In this document: piece after piece, positions 57,827-64,000 of the stretch | Layout: each line of letters begins with the position of its first letter | How positions within the stretch are numbered: the stretch's first letter is position 1 | Assembly: GCA_044370475.1 (NCBI GenBank) | Contig: JBILVK010000004.1 | Location: 4,596 to 68,595, forward strand | DNA length: 64,000 nt | Direction of reading: 5' to 3' | From: Bacteroidia bacterium | GTDB taxonomy: Bacteria; Bacteroidota; Bacteroidia; UKL13-3 | Notes under the pieces: model-generated | Told to the model about the DNA's origin: nothing | Seen by the model: the letters and a program-made list of their open reading frames with translations, nothing else | The model's database searches: none | Position numbers and translations under genes: made by a program

Positions 57827-60800
57827 ATGAAAAAGTTTAACCTACTATTATTGGGTTGTTTAATTTCCTTTTTTACCCTCGCGCAGAAGGCCCGAGTGGT
57901 AAGTGGTTCAATAACCACAAACACTACATTTTACAGTGATACTATCTATACATTAGATGGTTATGTGTATGTTAAAAACAATGCAGTTTTGACCATCCAA
58001 CCTGGTACCCTTATTAAAGGTAAAGGTGGAGCAAAATCCACCTTAATTATTACCCGCAACGGAAGTATTAATGCAAATGGAACTGCTAGCAGACCTATTG
58101 TTTTTACTTCCGAAAAGCCTGTTGGGCAGCGTAACAAAGGTGATTGGGGTGGTATTGTAATTTTGGGAAAAGCCATCATTAATCGTCCTACAGATTGTAC
58201 TACTTGTCCGGGTTCTGCCGTTGCAGCTTCTGAGGCAGGGATACAAAATGCAGTAGAAGGTGATTTAGATAATGCTGCTGGTGATGCATTATATGGTGGA
58301 ACAGATAATAACCACAACTCTGGTGTATTTAGATTTGTGCGTATTGAATATGCAGGAACTGTAATTACGCCAGGTAATGAAATCAATGGTTTAACCATGG
58401 GTGGTGTTGGTAAAAATACCATGATGGAATATATCCAAGTTTCATTTGCCGATGATGATGGATTTGAGTGGTTTGGTGGTAATGTAAACGCTAAATACTT
58501 GGTTTCTCATAGAAATGTGGATGACGATTTAGATACAGACTTTGGATATTCGGGCAAAGTTCAATTTGCTATTGTACAAAGAGATTCTACTTTATTTGAT
58601 ATTGGTTCAGGCCCTACAACTAATGGTTTTGAATCTGATAATGATGCGGGTGGTACAGAGGCTGGTCCTTACACAGATCCTACCTTTTCTAATATTACCG
58701 TTTTAGGTCCATTAGCAAACGGAACACCATTGGCGTATAGTAATTCATTTCAAAATGGAGCGCGTATTAGAAGAAATTCTTCTTTGAGTTTATTTAACTC
58801 AGTTATCATGGGCTTTCCAGATGCAATTTTTGTGGATGGTGCTAGGTCTGTGAATAAAAACCAAAACGATACTTTACTTATTAAAAACAATTTGTTAGCT
58901 GGAAACTTACGTGCAGTCAACGGCTCTTCAACTGGTGGTTCAAACCCAGTTGCAACACGTAGTAAGTTATTTGCTTCTGCTAACGATTCAGTTTTATCTT
59001 CTACTGGAGTACTTGTTAATCCTTTTAATTATACTAACCCTAAATTTATGCCAGCTACTGGTTCACCTGCTAATTCGGGTGCAGCCTTTACTGGTTCTAA
59101 AATTAGTGATCCTTTCTTTACGCCAACCACTTATAAAGGTGCTATGGGTACTACAGATTGGACAAACTGCTGGTGTAATTTTGATCCTCAAAATGCTGAT
59201 TACAGCACAGGTAATATAAACCGCATGCCTTTAGTTTATGATGCTGGTAAAGATTCAGCTATTTGCTCTGGTAAATCATTGGTTATTGGTCAGAATTTGA
59301 CTGGTTCTTACAAAGCAATGTGGTCTCCTGCTACTGGCTTAAGTTCTGCTTCAGTGGCTCGTCCAGTTGCAAACCCAACTGTAACTACCAAATATTTTGT
59401 AACTGTTACAGATACAGTAACTGGTTGCTCATTGACTGATAGTGTTTTGGTTTCTGTGAATGCAACTCCTGTTGCAAATTTCACTAGTGTTTCTGGTGCT
59501 GCTGGATTGGTTACATTTACCAATACTTCAACTAATGCAACTTCTTATGCTTGGAATTTAGGAGATGGAAATACATCTACTGCATCTAATCCTGCACATA
59601 CATATGCTGCAAATGGAGTATATAAAGTTTCATTAACTGCAACTGCAGGTGCTTGTACTAATGCTACTTCAAGAGATGTAATTGCTTCTGGAGTTGCTTC
59701 ACCTATAAGAGCTTTCACTGGAGATATTACAGGAAATACTACTTTTTATAATGACTCTATTTATATCATCAATGGATATACTTATGTTAAGAATAACGCA
59801 GTGTTAACCATTCAACCAGGAACCATTATTAAAGGTGGTGCTAACAAAGCAACTTTAATTATTACCAGAAACGGTAGCATTGTTGCAAATGGTACAAAAA
59901 ATCAACCAATTGTATTTACTTCTTCTAAAGCTGCTGGACAAAGAAACAAAGGCGATTGGGGTGGTGTAGTAATATTAGGAAAAGGCATCATCAACCGTCC
60001 TACAGATTGTACTACTTGTCCAGGTTCTGCGGTTGCGTCATCTGAAGCCGGTATTCAAAATGCAGTAGAAGGTGATTTAGATAACGCTGCTGGAGATGCA
60101 TTATATGGTGGTACAGATTTAAACCACAGTTCTGGTTCTTTAAAATATGTACGTATTGAGTTTGCTGGAACAGTAATTACTCCAGGTAATGAAATAAATG
60201 GTTTAACTATGGGTGGTGTTGGTAAAGGAACTACTTTAGAGAACATCCAGGTTTCTTATGCTGATGATGATGGCTTTGAGTGGTTTGGTGGAAATGTGAA
60301 CGCTAAGTATTTAGTATCATACCACAATGTGGATGATGACTTAGATGTTGATTTTGGATACAATGGAAAAGTACAGTTTGCCATTGTACAAAGAGACTCT
60401 GCTTTATTTGATATTGGTTCAGGCCCAACAACAAATGGTTTTGAATCTGATAATGATGCAGCAGGTACTGAAGCTAATCCTTTCACTGATCCTACATTTT
60501 CTAATGTAACTGTATTAGGTCCTTTAGCAAAAGGTACTCCACTTGGATATAGTAACTCATTCCAAAATGGTGCAAGAATTAGAAGAAATTCATCTACTAG
60601 TTTATTTAACTCTATCATCATGGGATTCCCAGATGCTGTATTTATTGATGGTGCACGTTCTGTAAGCAAAATGGCTAACGATACTTTGATGTTTAAGAAT
60701 AATATCCTTGCTGGTAATTTAAGAGCGGTTAATGCTTCAACTTCTGGTGGATCAAATCCAACAGCTATTAGAGCTAAATTGTTCGCTTCTGGAAATGATT

Positions 60801-61831
60801 CTATCGCTTCTGCTGCTGGTGTATTGGTTGATCCATTTAATTATATGAATCCAGTATTTGCTCCAGCACCTGGTTCTCCAGCTGCTTCTGGTGCTGCTTT
60901 TGCGGGTTCAAAAATTTCTGATCCATTCTTTGCTCCTACAAGTTTCCGTGGTGCTATGGGTACTAACCCTGATAGTAACTGGACAAATTGCTGGTGTAAT
61001 TTTGATCCACAAAATGCAAACTACAATTCTTCTCCAATAAACAACCCTGCTGCAACTGCTAATTTTACAGCACCTGCAACAAGCTCAACTTTAAAAGTTG
61101 ATTTTACCAATGGTTCTTCAAATGCAACTTCTTACTTCTGGGATTTTGGTGTAGCTAGCAGCATGGCTGATACATCTAGTTCAGCTTCTCCTAGCTTTAC
61201 TTTCCCTGCAAATGGAACTTATATGGTAACCTTAATTGCTAGAAGCAAATGTGGTAACTCAGTTGTGACTAAAGAAGTTATTATTAATGATGTTAGTATT
61301 TTACCTGTTGTTGATTTTACTTATACTCAGAATTCAGCTTCTGGTTCAACTGAAATCAACTTTACCAATACTACTGTAGAAAAAGGATTAACGATTACTT
61401 ATAAGTGGTATTTTGGTGATGGTGCAACAGCTACAACTAAAGATGCGGTTCATAACTATGCTGCTAAAGGTGATTATACCATTAGTTTAGTTGCTGAGCA
61501 TATCTATGGTAAGGATTCAGTATCTAAAACCATTAAAGTATTACCTACAAGCATCAAAGAAGTGGTAAGCACTTTTGCTAACTACTCAGTTTATCCTAAC
61601 CCAACTTCTGATTTAGTAAATATTTCTTTTGATTTACTTCAATCAAATCAAGTATCGGTTCAGATATTAGATATCACTGGTAAATTGGTAATTGGAACTG
61701 AAAGTCGCCAGTTTAATACAGGTGCAAATAAAATTGAATTAGGTACTTCTGAATTGCCACAAGGCATGTACTTTGTACAAATATTAACCCCAGAATCTAC
61801 TCTATCTACACGTTTAGTGATTGTAAAATAG
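57827..61831 (+). CDS. Large secreted T9SS cargo protein: two about 440-aa copies of an unassigned Cys-motif module, three PKD-like domains and a T9SS CTD
   Basis: The Met at 57827 gives the signal peptide MKKFNLLLLGCLISFFTLAQ. The duplicated module carries NKGDWGG, CTTCPGS, DDDGFEWFGG, NGFESDND and WTNCWCNFDPQN. PKD-like blocks are present (FTNTSTNATSYAWNLGDGNTS, SYFWDFG, YKWYFGDGAT). The C-terminus YPNPTSDLVNISF...GMYFVQI...RLVIVK is a T9SS CTD. Confidence 0.8.
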   Translation: MKKFNLLLLGCLISFFTLAQKARVVSGSITTNTTFYSDTIYTLDGYVYVKNNAVLTIQPGTLIKGKGGAKSTLIITRNGSINANGTASRPIVFTSEKPVGQRNKGDWGGIVILGKAIINRPTDCTTCPGSAVAASEAGIQNAVEGDLDNAAGDALYGGTDNNHNSGVFRFVRIEYAGTVITPGNEINGLTMGGVGKNTMMEYIQVSFADDDGFEWFGGNVNAKYLVSHRNVDDDLDTDFGYSGKVQFAIVQRDSTLFDIGSGPTTNGFESDNDAGGTEAGPYTDPTFSNITVLGPLANGTPLAYSNSFQNGARIRRNSSLSLFNSVIMGFPDAIFVDGARSVNKNQNDTLLIKNNLLAGNLRAVNGSSTGGSNPVATRSKLFASANDSVLSSTGVLVNPFNYTNPKFMPATGSPANSGAAFTGSKISDPFFTPTTYKGAMGTTDWTNCWCNFDPQNADYSTGNINRMPLVYDAGKDSAICSGKSLVIGQNLTGSYKAMWSPATGLSSASVARPVANPTVTTKYFVTVTDTVTGCSLTDSVLVSVNATPVANFTSVSGAAGLVTFTNTSTNATSYAWNLGDGNTSTASNPAHTYAANGVYKVSLTATAGACTNATSRDVIASGVASPIRAFTGDITGNTTFYNDSIYIINGYTYVKNNAVLTIQPGTIIKGGANKATLIITRNGSIVANGTKNQPIVFTSSKAAGQRNKGDWGGVVILGKGIINRPTDCTTCPGSAVASSEAGIQNAVEGDLDNAAGDALYGGTDLNHSSGSLKYVRIEFAGTVITPGNEINGLTMGGVGKGTTLENIQVSYADDDGFEWFGGNVNAKYLVSYHNVDDDLDVDFGYNGKVQFAIVQRDSALFDIGSGPTTNGFESDNDAAGTEANPFTDPTFSNVTVLGPLAKGTPLGYSNSFQNGARIRRNSSTSLFNSIIMGFPDAVFIDGARSVSKMANDTLMFKNNILAGNLRAVNASTSGGSNPTAIRAKLFASGNDSIASAAGVLVDPFNYMNPVFAPAPGSPAASGAAFAGSKISDPFFAPTSFRGAMGTNPDSNWTNCWCNFDPQNANYNSSPINNPAATANFTAPATSSTLKVDFTNGSSNATSYFWDFGVASSMADTSSSASPSFTFPANGTYMVTLIARSKCGNSVVTKEVIINDVSILPVVDFTYTQNSASGSTEINFTNTTVEKGLTITYKWYFGDGATATTKDAVHNYAAKGDYTISLVAEHIYGKDSVSKTIKVLPTSIKEVVSTFANYSVYPNPTSDLVNISFDLLQSNQVSVQILDITGKLVIGTESRQFNTGANKIELGTSELPQGMYFVQILTPESTLSTRLVIVK
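57896..59205 (+). repeat. Internal tandem duplication, copy 1 (within CDS 57827-61831)
   Basis: It aligns colinearly with 59706-61025 at both nucleotide and protein level, including long identical runs (for example CGTCCTACAGATTGTACTACTTGTCC). Confidence 0.9.
59706..61025 (+). repeat. Internal tandem duplication, copy 2 (within CDS 57827-61831)
   Basis: See copy 1. The two copies are separated by about 500 nt that encode an Ig-like segment and a PKD domain. Confidence 0.9.
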
Positions 61832-61850
61832 AGTTGGTTTGAGAAAGTGT

Positions 61851-61886
61851 AAAAGGGGGCAGCCTGCAAAGGTCTGCCCCTTTTTT
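61851..61886 (+). terminator. Rho-independent terminator after the large cargo gene
   Basis: Stem GGGGCAG/CTGCCCC, 11-nt loop, then T6. Confidence 0.6.
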
Positions 61887-61948
61887 GTGCCTTTTGGTCT
61901 ATGATTTATTACCTTTTGTCGATGGAAACATGGCAGCCATAATTTTTT

Positions 61949-63052
61949 ATGCATCTTGCATGCCTTATGCAAATATTTATAGTTGTTTTACTTTCATTGG
62001 GCCTGTATGGTTGGTATTTTATTGAAAAACCTGTCTTTGGTGAGTTGCCAAAAGGTAAGCGCCTAGCGCGTATTGAGCAATCGCCAAATTATAAAGGAGG
62101 TAGTTTTGTTAACATAGAGCATACTCCAGATTTTGCCCCTGGAATTAGTACTTGGGATGCCGCAAAAAGTTTTTTACATAAGCCTAATAATACAGAACCC
62201 AATAGGGAAATGCCTTGGGTTAAAACCAATTTAAAAACACTCGAGTCTAATGGTGTAAAATTGGTTTGGTTCGGACATTCATCTTATTATATGGTGGCAG
62301 ATGGATTAAAGATATTGGTTGACCCAGTATTTAGTGGAAACGCTGCGCCAGTGAAGCTGTTTGGAAAGAGTTTTAAAGGGACTGATAGGGTTGATGTAAG
62401 CGACTTTCCAGAGATTGATGTTTTGGTTATCACGCATGATCATTACGATCATTTAGATTATGAAACCATCCTAAAATTAAAGGGTAAATTTAAGAAGATT
62501 GTAACTTCTTTGGGCGTTGGGGCGCATCTTAATGATTGGGGAATTCCTGATGAGCAAATGTTTGAATTGGATTGGTGGGAGAGTGCTGATTTAGGAAATG
62601 GATTTTCTTTAAAGGCAGCTCCTGCGAGACATTTTTCTGGAAGAAAATTTAAACGTAACCAAAGTATTTGGTCGGCATTCATTTTAAAAACCCCTCACCA
62701 CAAATTGTTTTTAGGCGGAGATAGTGGCTATGGCAAGCATTTTAAAGATATAGGAGATAAGGAAGGTCCATTTGATTTAGCTTTATTGGAATGTGGTCAA
62801 TACAATGCCATGTGGCCTTATATTCATATGACTCCAGAAGAGGTTGTAACAGCTGCTCATGACCTAAATGCAAAGATTTTAATGCCTGTTCATTGGGGTA
62901 AATTTGCCTTGGCTATGCATGCCTGGAATGAGCCCATTCAGCGGGTAACATTGGCTGCAAAAGAAAAGAATCAAAAGATTACCACTCCCTTGCCAGGCGA
63001 ATTATTAGAGTTAGGTAAAAATGAGCCAGATTCTATTTGGTGGGATTTTTAA
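61949..63052 (+). CDS. MBL-fold metallo-hydrolase (NAPE-PLD-like), membrane-anchored
   Basis: N-terminal TM span and the HxHxDH motif ITHDHYDHLD. Further metal-ligand blocks follow (GGDSGY, ...LECGQYN..., PVHWGKF). Confidence 0.8.
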   Translation: MHLACLMQIFIVVLLSLGLYGWYFIEKPVFGELPKGKRLARIEQSPNYKGGSFVNIEHTPDFAPGISTWDAAKSFLHKPNNTEPNREMPWVKTNLKTLESNGVKLVWFGHSSYYMVADGLKILVDPVFSGNAAPVKLFGKSFKGTDRVDVSDFPEIDVLVITHDHYDHLDYETILKLKGKFKKIVTSLGVGAHLNDWGIPDEQMFELDWWESADLGNGFSLKAAPARHFSGRKFKRNQSIWSAFILKTPHHKLFLGGDSGYGKHFKDIGDKEGPFDLALLECGQYNAMWPYIHMTPEEVVTAAHDLNAKILMPVHWGKFALAMHAWNEPIQRVTLAAKEKNQKITTPLPGELLELGKNEPDSIWWDF

Positions 63053-63095
63053 TTTTTTTTAGATAAATTGTGACAAATTTAATTGCCTAACAAAC

Positions 63096-63614
63096 ATGGA
63101 ATCTGTTACAAAAATACTTTTGTTCCTTGGGAAAATTATTCTAAATTTAGTTGGAATTGCCCTTGGTTTATATTTGTATAAGACCTTTGTAAGGCCGATG
63201 TCTATTGGGCCGGTAATGCCCGATTATTTTCAAGAAATCATCGCAGTTGTTTTGTTAATGATTGGATTGCCTTTGCTTTCAATGAAACAAGTGAAGCCTC
63301 TCAATCATTTTAGCATTGGAATTATGGGCATCTTTATTCCACTTGTACTGTTTGGAGTTTTTGCTTTAAACCAACATTCAAGCGCCTCAAGCTATACTCG
63401 TTTATATCCTATAGAAAGGAAAACATTGGAAGATGATTCATATTTGCTAAGTGCCTATGTGTACGAAAAAAGCAATTGGGTGCAATTAAGAGTGCCCAAA
63501 GATGAATGTTTGAAATTAGATTCGGTTCAGATAAAAATTATTGATGGTTTGTTAGGAATGAAAATTGTGACAAACGAAGTTGAATTCTCTAAGAAACCTG
63601 GTTGCGGAAGTTAA
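63096..63614 (+). CDS. Hypothetical membrane protein
   Basis: 172 aa with three hydrophobic spans and a soluble C-terminal part. I recognised no motifs. Confidence 0.45.
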   Translation: MESVTKILLFLGKIILNLVGIALGLYLYKTFVRPMSIGPVMPDYFQEIIAVVLLMIGLPLLSMKQVKPLNHFSIGIMGIFIPLVLFGVFALNQHSSASSYTRLYPIERKTLEDDSYLLSAYVYEKSNWVQLRVPKDECLKLDSVQIKIIDGLLGMKIVTNEVEFSKKPGCGS

Positions 63615-63626
63615 AAAGTAAAAACA

Positions 63627-64000
63627 ATGAATAAATTAATTAAAAGTCTATTTATGGCTGCATTAGCACTAGTTGTAATGCAATCATTTGATACCAAATC
63701 TTTGAGAAAAGTAGATGGCACAGAGCCTGGTTATACAGGCTCTCCTGGCGATAGCCTCAAAAATTGTACAGTATGTCATGGTGGTACCGCTGTAAATATT
63801 GAAGGATGGATTACCTCCAATATCCCTTCCACTGGATATGTTCCAGGCAGCACCTATCGCATTACAGCAACCAATACATCTTTAAGCCATAACCGCTTTG
63901 GGTTCTCTATTTCGCCCCAAGCTATTAATGGTACGCTTTTAGGAAAATTAATCGTTACAGACACCATTAGAACCAAATTAAACGGCAACGATAAGTACAT
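63627..64000 (+). CDS. Secreted CXXCH-motif protein, partial (3' end outside the window); absent from the ORF track
   Basis: The ATG at 63627 opens a frame that runs to the window end (124 codons, no stop). It has the signal peptide MNKLIKSLFMAALALVVMQSF, followed by GYTGSPGDSLKNCTVCHGG, which contains a c-type haem-binding-like CXXCH motif. Confidence 0.6.
   Translation, partial: MNKLIKSLFMAALALVVMQSFDTKSLRKVDGTEPGYTGSPGDSLKNCTVCHGGTAVNIEGWITSNIPSTGYVPGSTYRITATNTSLSHNRFGFSISPQAINGTLLGKLIVTDTIRTKLNGNDKY

Noticed and set aside
57961-61040. Alternative-frame and antisense ORFs inside the large cargo gene (57961-58422, 58911-59219, 60055-60246, 60256-60669, 60858-61040)
   Set aside because: They occur at equivalent positions in both duplicated modules and translate to low-complexity Leu/Val/Pro/Ser strings. 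They are shadow ORFs of a strongly supported main frame.

Overview
This is a densely packed 64-kb chromosomal window from a low-GC, Bacteroidota-type genome. I infer that taxon from three T9SS type-A C-terminal sorting domains, a fused SecDF, an SDR-type threonine dehydrogenase and several TAnnTTTG -7 boxes. All family calls rest on motifs I read in the translations; no database search was possible. About 45 protein genes are present and most are housekeeping or envelope functions. These include the nrdJ 3' end, secDF, exbBD, udk, a TetR-TolC-MFP-RND efflux operon, an ABC-F ATPase, two two-component systems, prmA, recQ, sucD, tdh, pepP, murF and kbl. I saw no rRNA, tRNA, CRISPR array, transposase or integrase. 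Seven things are most worth a second look. (1) A TonB-dependent receptor sits next to a 1334-aa T9SS cargo protein built from two about 440-aa copies of an unplaced Cys-motif module plus three PKD domains. (2) A tandem pair of about 75-nt structured RNA elements, with compensatory changes in their terminator stems, lies upstream of the ABC-F gene. (3) That ABC-F protein has a destroyed second P-loop. (4) A convergent gene cluster resembles an ArnC/ArnT-style polyprenyl-phosphate sugar pathway: two SDR epimerases, a methyltransferase and a DPM1-like GT2 face a 2OG oxygenase and a large polytopic membrane protein. (5) Two tandem paralogous FG-GAP T9SS proteins are each exactly 763 aa. (6) An AT-rich RhuM plus SWIM two-gene islet follows nrdJ. 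(7) Two coding regions are missing from the ORF track: a 49-aa Cys-rich membrane peptide and an open-ended CXXCH secreted protein.
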